Below, one piece after another: positions 20,315-29,743 of a DNA stretch of 64,000 bases (its first letter is position 1; every line of letters begins with the position of its first letter). A program made the position numbers and the translations under genes. The notes below the pieces were generated by a model. The model did no database searches and was not told the DNA's origin. It worked only from the letters and a program-made list of their open reading frames with translations. The stretch covers positions 146,612 through 210,611 of the IMG/VR virus record IMGVR_UViG_3300035181_000357; one strand, 5' to 3'.

Positions 20315-20671
20315 ATGCTCAAGGTCCTGTTCATCGACGATCAGATCGAGCGTGTGGAAGCTGCTAAAGCGTATCTGACCAGAGAGGGGGACGAATTCAC
20401 CTGGGCTACTGAAGTCCCCAACAACCTCGAAGACTACGACATCATCTCTTTCGATAACGATCTCGGTGTTGCTCCTGAAAAGGATGTCGTGATCCAGTTG
20501 GGTAAGCGTCTGTTCTGTGGTAACTGTTCTCTCGCGAACAAGATCATCACGGTCCATTCTATGAACCCTGTGGCCGCTGCCCGTATTGGAAGCTTGTGTG
20601 AAGGTTTGGGTGCCACCAATGTGGCCATCGTTCCCTTCTCTCGTATGTTGTTAGGTCCCAACCAGTTGTAG
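20315..20671 (+). CDS. Cyclic-phosphate-processing receiver-like domain protein
   Basis: LFIDD, IISFDNDLG, VHSMNP. Confidence 0.7.
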   Translation: MLKVLFIDDQIERVEAAKAYLTREGDEFTWATEVPNNLEDYDIISFDNDLGVAPEKDVVIQLGKRLFCGNCSLANKIITVHSMNPVAAARIGSLCEGLGATNVAIVPFSRMLLGPNQL

Positions 20672-20676
20672 GAGTT

Positions 20677-21480
20677 GTGGTGCACAAGTTCTATTCTGAC
20701 CGTTCCGATAACGATGACCACGCCGATCAGAACGGCTGGAACCATGGTCTTGGTAAGGTTGTTCGCAAGGCCGTTCAGGATCCTGAGGCTACTGCCTACG
20801 ATAGCTTGGATTCCCTTCCGAAGCACGAAAACAACCACAAACGCCTTGGGTACTGGGGACATCGTCGTCCCAACATCCACTGGCGAAAGGTCAATCGTTG
20901 GGTTCTGGCCCAGGTTGGTAGGCATATCGACGATGTCCGTTCTGAGTTCATCAAACTGGCCAACGAAGGTGATCCCTACATCCGTGAACGCCTCGTCTCA
21001 GCTTTCGAATCCAATGTCCCGACCATCCGTGGGCAGATTGAAATCTGCATCAGCAAAGAGGGTGGATGGCCATACCTTGGTCTGGTTACTGAAACCGGGC
21101 ACATCGAAAAGAGCTACTACCGTCGTCGAGATCTGTACATCAATCTCTCTGGGATCATCTGTCAGGTTTCCAACAAGACGTACAAGGAGCTTGAACGCCT
21201 TCAGGAGAAGCAGCGGAAGGAAAGCAACAACAAGGTTATCTGGGTTAATGATGTCCGAGGTTTCATCTGTCTCCGGGATCAGTGGTTCGAAGTCATCTAT
21301 GCTAAGTTGAACTCTGATTTCAATCGCAATCTTCTTAGCCTTGACTGTCTTCTGTGTCGGAAGCTGAAGAAGAGCTGGTATAACTCGCACCTCGAAGTCT
21401 TCGGTCATCTCCACGGTAATATCTACTGTGTCGCCCTTCGGTCTGTGTCTTATCGAGATATCGAAAAACTTCTTGTGTAG
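20677..21480 (+). CDS. Hypothetical protein
   Basis: 267 aa, biased codons, GGAG SD, GTG start. Confidence 0.7.
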   Translation: MVHKFYSDRSDNDDHADQNGWNHGLGKVVRKAVQDPEATAYDSLDSLPKHENNHKRLGYWGHRRPNIHWRKVNRWVLAQVGRHIDDVRSEFIKLANEGDPYIRERLVSAFESNVPTIRGQIEICISKEGGWPYLGLVTETGHIEKSYYRRRDLYINLSGIICQVSNKTYKELERLQEKQRKESNNKVIWVNDVRGFICLRDQWFEVIYAKLNSDFNRNLLSLDCLLCRKLKKSWYNSHLEVFGHLHGNIYCVALRSVSYRDIEKLLV

Positions 21481-21801
21481 TTCTTTTAAATCAAAGACGA
21501 TTCTTTTAAGTTTGCTATGATTGCTGATGAACTTAACTTAACAAGGTGAAGTAATGTATCGTGAACATGATGAAAAAGAATGTAAGAGCTGTAATTGCCC
21601 TGAGCATGGTAAGCCAAATGGTGGGGCAGGAGAGATTACCCTCCTGTTTGTAATCATTGTTGTTGTTGTTCTCTTGTATTGGAGATAACATGGCTGAATG
21701 TAGGCAATGTCAAAATCCTCATCTCAAAAGTCTTCGGATCTCTACATGGTAATGTCTACTACATTATCGAGATATCGAAAAACTTCTTGTGTAGTTCTTT
21801 T
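21450..21801 (+). repeat. 38-bp perfect direct repeat (21450-21487 and 21764-21801) within a decayed duplicate of a gene end
   Basis: TTATCGAGATATCGAAAAACTTCTTGTGTAGTTCTTTT occurs twice. Confidence 0.95.
21554..21688 (+). CDS. 44-aa Cys-rich membrane peptide
   Basis: MYREHDEKECKSCNCPEHGKPNGGAGEITLLFVIIVVVVLLYWR; AAGGTG SD. Confidence 0.5.
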   Translation: MYREHDEKECKSCNCPEHGKPNGGAGEITLLFVIIVVVVLLYWR

Positions 21802-21883
21802 GACTTCGAGTAATAATTATGTAGAACCAAACGGTTCTCTTCCCACAGAGAGTGGGTCGTATTAAAAATACACGGAGAGTGTC

Positions 21884-22897
21884 ATGCATGAATATGCGAT
21901 CGTCATCGGAAGATTTCAACCCTTCCATCTGGCCCACAAGCAACTGCTCGAGAAAGCGTTCGAGGTTGCGAGTAGGGTCATAATTATTTTAGGTAGCCAT
22001 GCAGCTGCCCAAACTTCCAAGAATCCCTGGACTAGTCAAGAACGAATCAAGATGATCGAGTCGGCTCTGACACAAGAGCAGAGTGATCGCATTACATTCC
22101 TTCCAGTCCGCGACTATCTTTACAATGAGAATGTCTGGTTGTCTGAAATTCAGCAGAAGGTTAAGGTGGTCACCAACAACTCCAAATCGGTCGTGTTGAT
22201 TGGTCACATGAAGGATGAGTCAAGCAGTTATCTCAAGACTTTCCCTCAGTGGGAATTCATTGAGACCAAGGCCGCTTTTGATCTGTCTGCTACTGATATT
22301 CGCCATTCTCTGTTCACCACTGAAGGATGGGCTGACTCAGCTCAAAAAGTTCCTCAGAAGGTGCAAAACTATCTGGTCAACTGGTGCCGAACTTCGGACT
22401 ATGTTCGCCTGAAGGAAGAGTACACCTACCTCCAGAAGTATAAGGCTTCTTGGGCTGTGGCTCCTTATCCTGTGACCTTCGTGACTGCTGACGCTGTCGT
22501 GATCAAGTCTGGTCACGTCCTAGTGGTCAAGCGTGGTGGAAATCCTGGCAAGGGCTTGATCGCTCTCCCTGGTGGATTCGTAAATCAGAATGAAAGCCTT
22601 GATGTGGCTTGCCTTCGAGAGCTCAAGGAAGAGACCAAGATAAAGGTCAGCATGGATAAGCTGACCTCTGCTCGTCAAACCAACCACGTGTTCGACCACC
22701 CACAGCGTAGTCTCCGTGGTCGTACTATCACTTATGCCTACCTGTTCGACTTGGGTAAAGAGGGAGACCTCCCAACCGTCAAGGGTTCAGATGATGCCGA
22801 GACTGCTTTCTGGATGCCTATTGGAGATGTATATTCCAATGAGGCTACCTTCTTCGAAGATCATCGCGACATCATTCTCTATTTCCTCGGCCGATAG
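21884..22897 (+). CDS. nadM: Bifunctional NMN adenylyltransferase / Nudix ADP-ribose hydrolase
   Basis: GRFQPFHLAH, KNPWT, SATDIR, PGGFV...RELKEET Nudix box, GSDDA, FFEDH. Confidence 0.93.
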   Translation: MHEYAIVIGRFQPFHLAHKQLLEKAFEVASRVIIILGSHAAAQTSKNPWTSQERIKMIESALTQEQSDRITFLPVRDYLYNENVWLSEIQQKVKVVTNNSKSVVLIGHMKDESSSYLKTFPQWEFIETKAAFDLSATDIRHSLFTTEGWADSAQKVPQKVQNYLVNWCRTSDYVRLKEEYTYLQKYKASWAVAPYPVTFVTADAVVIKSGHVLVVKRGGNPGKGLIALPGGFVNQNESLDVACLRELKEETKIKVSMDKLTSARQTNHVFDHPQRSLRGRTITYAYLFDLGKEGDLPTVKGSDDAETAFWMPIGDVYSNEATFFEDHRDIILYFLGR

Positions 22898-22903
22898 GCT
22901 ACC

Positions 22904-23215
22904 ATGAATTCTCACAAACCTACTCCAACCATTTCCTACAAGGACAACTGGTACCATCACGAATACTATGTCGATGGGAAACAACTCAAGGACATTAGAC
23001 GAGTTGAGATCGGAAAAGAATTAAAGTCATTCGTAGTTCCTGTCAACTCGTTCAAGGATGCTGTGACCTATAACGATATGGGTCATGAATATACGTCATA
23101 TTCAACTCAGTTTACCGTGACCATGCGCGACGAGATGCTTCTGATTCCAAACGAAATCCCTCTATCACGTCTTCTCAGTCTTGGCTTCTTCGTCAAACTC
23201 GTTGATGGTGAATAA
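22904..23215 (+). CDS. Hypothetical protein
   Basis: 103 aa; in frame with the nadM TAG stop. Confidence 0.65.
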   Translation: MNSHKPTPTISYKDNWYHHEYYVDGKQLKDIRRVEIGKELKSFVVPVNSFKDAVTYNDMGHEYTSYSTQFTVTMRDEMLLIPNEIPLSRLLSLGFFVKLVDGE

Positions 23216-23237
23216 ACTTTCCTAAAGGAGAAATACC

Positions 23238-24650
23238 ATGTATAATTATAACTTGATACTAGATTCGGATAGTTACAAAATGTCTCACTGGGTACAATAC
23301 CCACATGGAGATAACTTCAAGACCACTTCCATGTTCTCCTATCTGGAGAGTCGTGGTGGTAAATATGATTTCACCCTTTGGTTCGGACTCCAGTATCTCT
23401 TGAAAGAATACTTGTCCCAGCCCATCACGATGGAGATGGTCGAAGAAGCCAAGGAGATCACTGAACTCCACGGTACTCCCTTCAATTATGATGGTTGGAA
23501 GTACATTGTCGAGAAGCTTGGTGGTCGTATTCCTGTTCGTATCCGTGCCGTCCCTGAAGGAACTAAGGTTCCTATCCACAATATCCTGATGTCCGTCGAA
23601 TCCACTGATGGGAATGTGCCATGGATCGCCAGCCATGTGGAAACCATGCTTATGCGTTGTTGGTATCCTACTACTGTAGCCACTCAATCCAAGACCATCA
23701 AGGATCTTATCCTCAGCTATCTCACAAAGACATCAGAAGATCCTCAAGATGAGATCGCTTTCAAGCTTCACGACTTCGGTAGCCGTGGTGTCAGCTCCTT
23801 TGAATCTGCTGGCTGGGGTGGTGCTGCCCATCTGGTAAACTTCATGGGAACTGATACGATTGCTGGTCTTCTCCTAGCTCGTAAGTTCTATCATGAACCT
23901 ATGGCTGGTTACTCTATCCCTGCTGCCGAGCACAGTACTATCACTAGCTGGGGTCGTGAGAACGAAGTCCAAGCATATCGTAACATGCTCAAGCAGTATG
24001 CTAAGCCTGGTGCATTACTGGCTGTGGTCTCTGATTCCTACGATATCTACAACGCTTGTGAGAATCTCTGGGGTGGAGAGCTTCGCCAGGAAGTCATTAA
24101 CTCCGGCGCTACCGTGGTTATCCGCCCTGACTCTGGTCATCCTGCTACTGTGGTTCTCAAGTGCCTCGAGCTTCTCGGTTCAAAATTCGGCTACACCATT
24201 AATTCTAAGAACTACCGCGTACTCAATAACGTTCGTGTTATCCAGGGTGACGGTGTGAATTACGACTCCATCCTGGAGATCTTGGAAGTTGCCACTCAAC
24301 ATGGTTGGTCTGCCACCAACATCGCCTTTGGTATGGGTGGTGCTCTTCTTCAAATCGTCAACCGTGATACTCAGCAGTTCGCCTATAAGTGCAGCAGCAT
24401 GACTCGTACCTACACTGATGGGCACGAAGAGCAGATTGATGTCTACAAGCAGCCTAAGACCGACTCTATGAAGAACTCTAAGCGTGGTCGGCTGGATCTG
24501 ATCTTGACTGAGACTGGGTATCACACTGTCAAACTCCTTCTTGGTGAACAGGCCCATCCTGCCTCTGCAATGCAGACCGTCTATGAAAATGGTGAGATCC
24601 TGGTTGATGACACCTTTGATATTATTCGTGAGAGGTCCAACCATGTCTAG
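23238..24650 (+). CDS. nadV: Nicotinamide phosphoribosyltransferase (NAMPT)
   Basis: DSYKMSH, LHDFGSRG, AAEHS, VVSDSYD, VIRPDSG, IQGDG, FGMGGALLQ. Confidence 0.95.
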   Translation: MYNYNLILDSDSYKMSHWVQYPHGDNFKTTSMFSYLESRGGKYDFTLWFGLQYLLKEYLSQPITMEMVEEAKEITELHGTPFNYDGWKYIVEKLGGRIPVRIRAVPEGTKVPIHNILMSVESTDGNVPWIASHVETMLMRCWYPTTVATQSKTIKDLILSYLTKTSEDPQDEIAFKLHDFGSRGVSSFESAGWGGAAHLVNFMGTDTIAGLLLARKFYHEPMAGYSIPAAEHSTITSWGRENEVQAYRNMLKQYAKPGALLAVVSDSYDIYNACENLWGGELRQEVINSGATVVIRPDSGHPATVVLKCLELLGSKFGYTINSKNYRVLNNVRVIQGDGVNYDSILEILEVATQHGWSATNIAFGMGGALLQIVNRDTQQFAYKCSSMTRTYTDGHEEQIDVYKQPKTDSMKNSKRGRLDLILTETGYHTVKLLLGEQAHPASAMQTVYENGEILVDDTFDIIRERSNHV

Positions 24651-25548
24651 TTGGAATAAGATCGAGATCAAAGAATCGTCTGAGGGTAATGTCTGGAAGT
24701 TTGTATTCACCAAGGACGATGCCATTGTTGAGGCAGTTCTTTATCGCTATGAGTCATTTGAAGAGAGAACTGTCATTTGTTTTTCTGTTCAATCGGGTTG
24801 TCCCGTTGGTTGTAAATTCTGTGGAACCGGGGGTCACTATGTAAGAAATCTAACAGCAAACGAAATTGCATCCCAAGTTTGGCACATCATCCGTCTAATG
24901 AAGATTGACCCATTTAAGGTCAAAAAATTTCAATTGATGGGAATGTCGATGGGTGAGCCGATGCTCAATTGGGAGAATCTAAAGGAAGCAATTACCCTCC
25001 TAAAAGAGTTCGGATACACTCATGCTCAATACCTAATCAGCACAGTAGGTATCGCAGATCTCGATACATTCAATGACATCATCGGATTTTCTAGAGAGAA
25101 TCCCCAGATCGGTCTTCAATTCTCTATCCACAAGTCTACAGATGAACAGCGAAATAGACTTATTCCATACAAGAATAAGCTGACCTTATATGAACTCATG
25201 GTAGCTGGTGTCAACTGGCATTCTGCAACAGGACGTCCAGTATATCTCAACTATTGTATCGATGGTACCAATAACACAGAAGATGATTTCAATAACTTGA
25301 GGGGTATGTTCAATCCTGAAGTATTTAATTTGACATTTTCTGTGATCTGTGCTAAGAATGAATCTATCAAAGATGCGGCATATCGTAATCTCGATGTCAT
25401 CAATGCTTTCAGTCAGAAATTCCTGGAAGATGGATACAACGTCCGTGTCTTCAATCCAGCAGGTCAGGACGACATCGGTGGTGGATGTGGCCAGTTATTC
25501 GCTGTTCAGAACTGGTTCGAAAATCATAAACACCGTGGGGAGGTTTGA
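24643..25548 (+). CDS. RlmN/Cfr-family radical SAM RNA methyltransferase
   Basis: ICFSVQSGCPVGCKFC, MGMSMGEP, ISTVG, QFSIH, DIGGGCGQL (both catalytic Cys positions). Confidence 0.85.
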   Translation: MSSWNKIEIKESSEGNVWKFVFTKDDAIVEAVLYRYESFEERTVICFSVQSGCPVGCKFCGTGGHYVRNLTANEIASQVWHIIRLMKIDPFKVKKFQLMGMSMGEPMLNWENLKEAITLLKEFGYTHAQYLISTVGIADLDTFNDIIGFSRENPQIGLQFSIHKSTDEQRNRLIPYKNKLTLYELMVAGVNWHSATGRPVYLNYCIDGTNNTEDDFNNLRGMFNPEVFNLTFSVICAKNESIKDAAYRNLDVINAFSQKFLEDGYNVRVFNPAGQDDIGGGCGQLFAVQNWFENHKHRGEV

Positions 25549-25579
25549 GTATAACCTAGTTAGTTCCCAGGAGATATCC

Positions 25580-26227
25580 TTGTCAAAAAATGATGAACCT
25601 ATCCTAATCCCTATCTCCATGGAAAAAGACGAAGAGACATGTAGAGAAGTCTTGTGTAAGTATACTCCCACTATCTACGTCCGTGGTGAGTTTAATGATG
25701 AGATGGTTGAGTCGTTTAGAAAAGCGGTCAACACTATTAAGTATGAACGAAATATTGACATCGCTACCGTAGATATCAGTAGCCCAGGTGGTTCAGTTCT
25801 GTCTCTGTTCGAGATGCTTGGAACCATGCAACAGTCTGGGTTAAAGTATCTCACATACTGTAGTGGACAAGCAGCATCCTGTGCAGCGATCTTGTTATCG
25901 GCTGGTGAACCAGGACAACGATGGATTTCACCGATGGGATCTACCATGATCCATGGTGTTAGTAATTTCTTGGGATATGCACCGTTTGAAGAGCATGTAG
26001 TAGAACAGGAATTTATTGCAAAGACTAACGAGAAGTTGATGCACCTGTTAGCTAAAAATTGTAAGATGCCGTATAAGGGTTTGATGAAGAAGATCAAGGA
26101 TTCTGGTGCTCGTTCTCTATGGCTACTGGCCGAGGATACACTACAACTTGGTCTCGTAGATAAGATCGGGTATCCTGTCGTCATCAAAGAAAATCAGTAC
26201 GCAGTAAAGAATGCTTTAGATAAGTAA
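25580..26227 (+). CDS. clpP: ClpP-like serine protease
   Basis: SSPGGSV, AASCAA (Ser), MIHG (His), WLLAEDTLQLGLVDKI. TTG start after CAGGAG inferred. Confidence 0.8.
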   Translation: MSKNDEPILIPISMEKDEETCREVLCKYTPTIYVRGEFNDEMVESFRKAVNTIKYERNIDIATVDISSPGGSVLSLFEMLGTMQQSGLKYLTYCSGQAASCAAILLSAGEPGQRWISPMGSTMIHGVSNFLGYAPFEEHVVEQEFIAKTNEKLMHLLAKNCKMPYKGLMKKIKDSGARSLWLLAEDTLQLGLVDKIGYPVVIKENQYAVKNALDK

Positions 26228-26235
26228 ATTCCTTG

Positions 26236-26251
26236 TTATACAATTGTATAA
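26236..26251. promoter_or_regulatory. Perfect 16-bp palindrome, candidate operator
   Basis: TTATACAATTGTATAA upstream of the TROVE-HTH pair. Confidence 0.55.
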
Positions 26252-26302
26252 AGTAATAACTTAGGACCTACTCAGGTATTTCGATCAAACAGGAGATCGC
26301 CA

Positions 26303-27823
26303 ATGAGATTCATAAACGAATACACCCAGAAATCAGCTAATACCCCAGAGATCAAGGTCTTCACTGATAAGAGCACATATCACAAGCTAGCGAAAGTAGC
26401 TTTGACTGGTGTACTAAACGGTCAGTACTACAAATCTGAGGACAAGATAGTCAGTGAACTAACTTCTGTAGTTGAGAAGATGGCAATCGAAGATCCTATC
26501 TTCTTGCTAAAGGCAGCTAAGGCTAGCCGTGCCCTCAACATGAAGTTGTTCCCTAAGCTAGCTGTCGCTGCTGTCCTATCGAAGTCACAGGACAAGTCTG
26601 TAGATCCAGAGATCGAAAAGATTCTGGCTACCTACAACCCAAACCAGCTTTTAGAGTTCATCTTGATGTTGAAGAACCGTCAGTATGGTTCTGGCCTGGG
26701 GTCTAGATCACAGAAGCTCGTCGCTCGTGGACTAGCTCGTGTCTCAGCTAAGCGTCTAGAGGATTGGACTCTGTCCGAAGGTTCTAGCCTTAACAGAATC
26801 CTACGTCTCGTTCACCCAACACTTAATCCAGTCGTCAAGTACGTCCTGAAGGCTGATAAGGAAGCAGAGTGGACTGATCGTCAGCGTGCACTCGAGACCA
26901 TCAAGATGCTTCAGCAGAAGAGAGAAGGGGATTACGAGGCTGAGGTAGCAGCATTAATCAAAGTCTACAATCTTCCATTCAATTCTTTGAAGGGTGTAAT
27001 CTCAGCTACCAACAAAGCTGCCTGGGACGAGATCGCAGAGAACATGTCTGTGATCCAGCTCCTAATCAACCTCAAGTCCCTTGACAATATGGGTGTGATG
27101 ACCACTTCTAGACTTCGTCGTCTTCTAGATGCCAAGTTTGTAAAGGGCAAGACCAGGATTCTTCCTTTTGACATCATGCGGCCAATGGCTAATGCAGATG
27201 CTAAGTACAGGGATGTCTTGATCGAGTTCTTGGAGAAGCTAGTCCTAGATCCTATTCCATCCCTTGAGGGTAAGACCGTCGGTCTAATCTTTGACGGTAG
27301 TGGATCAATGGGTGGTCCTAACTATGCTGGTAGCCCATGGATGACTTCTATGGCCTTGGGTCTGCCTCTTATGTCCAGCTGTAATGTAGCTGAGTCCATC
27401 ATCTATTCTACCACTGTCCGAAAGGCTCCAGAGTTCAGAAAGTATGATGGTGCAGAGAACTTCAAGCGTATCTCCGAGGCATTCCCATCTGGTGGAACCA
27501 ACACCGATATGGCGATTGACCACTTCACCAAGAACAACATCGTTGTTGATGTTCTTGTTCTCATCACTGATGAGCAGCAGAACGGCTACAGGTGTGGTGG
27601 ATTCCAGAACGCCTGGGCAAGATACAGAAAGCTTCACCCAGAAGCAGAACTACTTATCGTAAACGCTACTCCATATGAGTGGCACATGACAGAGACTGGA
27701 ACCAATGGTGTCACCATCGTCCAGACTCTGACCCCAGCTGTTTACCAGATGATCCAGTACCAGGGTCAGGATATGGTAGACGTCATTTCCAACATGGAAC
27801 TAGGAGACAGCAATGAAGATTAA
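26303..27823 (+). CDS. TROVE/Ro60-family RNA-binding protein with vWA domain
   Basis: Helical TROVE region (DPIFLLK, GLGSRSQK, LRLVHP) plus MIDAS DGSGSM, GGTNT, ITDEQ. Confidence 0.85.
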   Translation: MRFINEYTQKSANTPEIKVFTDKSTYHKLAKVALTGVLNGQYYKSEDKIVSELTSVVEKMAIEDPIFLLKAAKASRALNMKLFPKLAVAAVLSKSQDKSVDPEIEKILATYNPNQLLEFILMLKNRQYGSGLGSRSQKLVARGLARVSAKRLEDWTLSEGSSLNRILRLVHPTLNPVVKYVLKADKEAEWTDRQRALETIKMLQQKREGDYEAEVAALIKVYNLPFNSLKGVISATNKAAWDEIAENMSVIQLLINLKSLDNMGVMTTSRLRRLLDAKFVKGKTRILPFDIMRPMANADAKYRDVLIEFLEKLVLDPIPSLEGKTVGLIFDGSGSMGGPNYAGSPWMTSMALGLPLMSSCNVAESIIYSTTVRKAPEFRKYDGAENFKRISEAFPSGGTNTDMAIDHFTKNNIVVDVLVLITDEQQNGYRCGGFQNAWARYRKLHPEAELLIVNATPYEWHMTETGTNGVTIVQTLTPAVYQMIQYQGQDMVDVISNMELGDSNED

Positions 27824-28292
27824 TATCGACTGTGGTGTAGAGAAGTATGTCATCAAGATTGATGATGGCGCTGTTTCTTTCAAGAATGGAGATCTGTTCT
27901 TGAAGTCTGATAGTGTCACCATCAATAGGAGTGTCTTCGAACCAACGAAGATCCTAGTAGTTCCAGATGCTGTCAAGACTAAGGGTCAGCAACTGAGAGA
28001 GCTCCGTGTTCAGTATGGCCTGACTCAGAAGGAACTTGCAAAGAAGCTATCACCAAATCCTAGCAGGTTTAGTAATGGTCTCACGGATAAAGACATCTCA
28101 AACTATGAAACAGGTAGGAAAGATGTTCCATTCTGGTTGCTACCACATGCTAAGGAATTGTTAGAAGCTGAGAAAGAGCAATGGGAACTCCGATCAGACG
28201 CGGATGGGTTATTATGTCGTGGGCGCCATTCTCGTCGTGTTCTGTCCAAGGCAGAGATTGGAAAGGCACTAGAGACTTCGAAGAAGCGATGA
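27813..28292 (+). CDS. XRE-family HTH protein
   Basis: LRELRVQYGLTQKELAKKL ... ISNYETG. Confidence 0.75.
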   Translation: MKINIDCGVEKYVIKIDDGAVSFKNGDLFLKSDSVTINRSVFEPTKILVVPDAVKTKGQQLRELRVQYGLTQKELAKKLSPNPSRFSNGLTDKDISNYETGRKDVPFWLLPHAKELLEAEKEQWELRSDADGLLCRGRHSRRVLSKAEIGKALETSKKR

Positions 28293-28534
28293 GTTGGTGG
28301 ATTAAGTTTAAGAAGCTGCTAGGTTTGGAAACGCTAATAGTTCATGGAATGTTCCCGGACGAATATGAACTATTAGCGTACCATATATCCTTCGAATCCA
28401 CTAGAGGGGTATCTAGAAATAGTGCTATTAGAACTTGGGTTCTATCTAGGAACGAGTATTTAAGGAGAAAGAGAACTAACTTTGATTTTGTCGATGCAGA
28501 TTCGAAGAGAAGGATATGGATAGAGGAACGATAA
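28289..28534 (+). CDS. Hypothetical protein
   Basis: ATGA overlap with the upstream stop. Confidence 0.5.
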   Translation: MSWWIKFKKLLGLETLIVHGMFPDEYELLAYHISFESTRGVSRNSAIRTWVLSRNEYLRRKRTNFDFVDADSKRRIWIEER

Positions 28535-28632
28535 TAATGGATAGATAACTAAAAAGAAAATAGCTATTATCAAGAGAAAATTACTATATCCTGCCTTTCA
28601 TTTCGCTGATCCTGTGAGCACTGGGGGATGAT

Positions 28633-28818
28633 ATGACCAGAGATCCTAATGGTAATCTCGAACCACATACTTATCCTGAGTTAGTTGCTATCATCAACGA
28701 TCTAGATAAGAGAGTCCTCGCTCTAGAAACTGAACTCACAGAAGTCAAAAAGATAACTATTTCAGGTGCACGAGAAGCACATGATGTGAGAGTGATGGGT
28801 CCTATGAGGTTCAAATGA
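28633..28818 (+). CDS. Hypothetical coiled-coil protein
   Basis: 61 aa, SD present. Confidence 0.55.
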   Translation: MTRDPNGNLEPHTYPELVAIINDLDKRVLALETELTEVKKITISGAREAHDVRVMGPMRFK

Positions 28819-29165
28819 GTTGGTCATTTATTTCTTCTCCTCCTGGTTGGTGGGCTATCTATTGTCGAGATGGTAATCGAATGGCTATGCCTATCGTCGC
28901 CTGGAGAATGGATACAGATAACCGTGATCCAGAGGATATTTTAAATAATCCTGAGGCAGCTTCTCCATACGGAGAGCCTATGATCCAATCTGGTGATGGT
29001 ATGCTAGAATCAGCGTTTGGTCAAGGTGGATATATTGGCCATGAACTGAAACAGCGATCTGATTTTCGAGATGGTTGGATGTTCGAATATGCAGACTTCA
29101 TTCCTAAAACCAAAGGCATTCTCCGTAGACCTAAGGGTGACTGTATCTGGTGGGAGCTAGTATGA
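28815..29165 (+). CDS. Hypothetical protein
   Basis: ATGA coupling, 116 aa. Confidence 0.6.
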   Translation: MSWSFISSPPGWWAIYCRDGNRMAMPIVAWRMDTDNRDPEDILNNPEAASPYGEPMIQSGDGMLESAFGQGGYIGHELKQRSDFRDGWMFEYADFIPKTKGILRRPKGDCIWWELV

Positions 29166-29497
29166 GAATCTTCGATGTCGTTGCATTCTCAATCATAGGT
29201 ATTATCATGTACTTCATGGTCGCATGGGCTTTATCTGACATGTGCCTGATGCTCTTTGAGAAGTATGATATCAAGGTTCGTAAAACTATACATGTAGCTT
29301 GCTTTGCTGCAATGCCTCTCATGCTAGTTATAGTTACTATCTACGTCATGTATCTGATGATCGTAGGATTTGTGAATATCCTATATATCATTGAAAAGAA
29401 ATATGGCTATTTGATCTTGGTAAATAAGTTCCTTCGATGGATTAAGAGAAAGATCGTTAACTTCTTCAGATTTAGAGGTGAAGATGAACAGGTATGA
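29162..29497 (+). CDS. Hypothetical membrane protein
   Basis: Two to three hydrophobic segments. Confidence 0.6.
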   Translation: MRIFDVVAFSIIGIIMYFMVAWALSDMCLMLFEKYDIKVRKTIHVACFAAMPLMLVIVTIYVMYLMIVGFVNILYIIEKKYGYLILVNKFLRWIKRKIVNFFRFRGEDEQV

Positions 29498-29743
29498 ACA
29501 AACTAGCTACTAGATATGGATTTGGTGGTCATTTCAGATATGTAAAGAATGAAAATCCATCTAATGATCTACCATATCATAACATGTGTACAGTTATCGA
29601 ACTTTCTAACTGTAATATACATAACTAAGTATCCTTTGTCTGGTCTTCAAGGGAGAGTACTACGGTACCGGAGAAAGACCTAAATAATTATTGGATGGGT
29701 AAGAGCCTGGGTTTCCAGGCTCTTATTATAGAGGTTCATATCT

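Noticed and set aside
20675-21310. Read-through of the 20671 TAG into a 211-aa overlapping frame
   Set aside because: Ser/Arg/Thr-rich shifted frame of the real 20677 gene; looks like a bias artefact.
21850-21880. NrtR box or NAD riboswitch upstream of nadM
   Set aside because: GTATT-AAA-AATAC palindrome does not fit GT-N7-AC spacing, and no riboswitch consensus was recognised.
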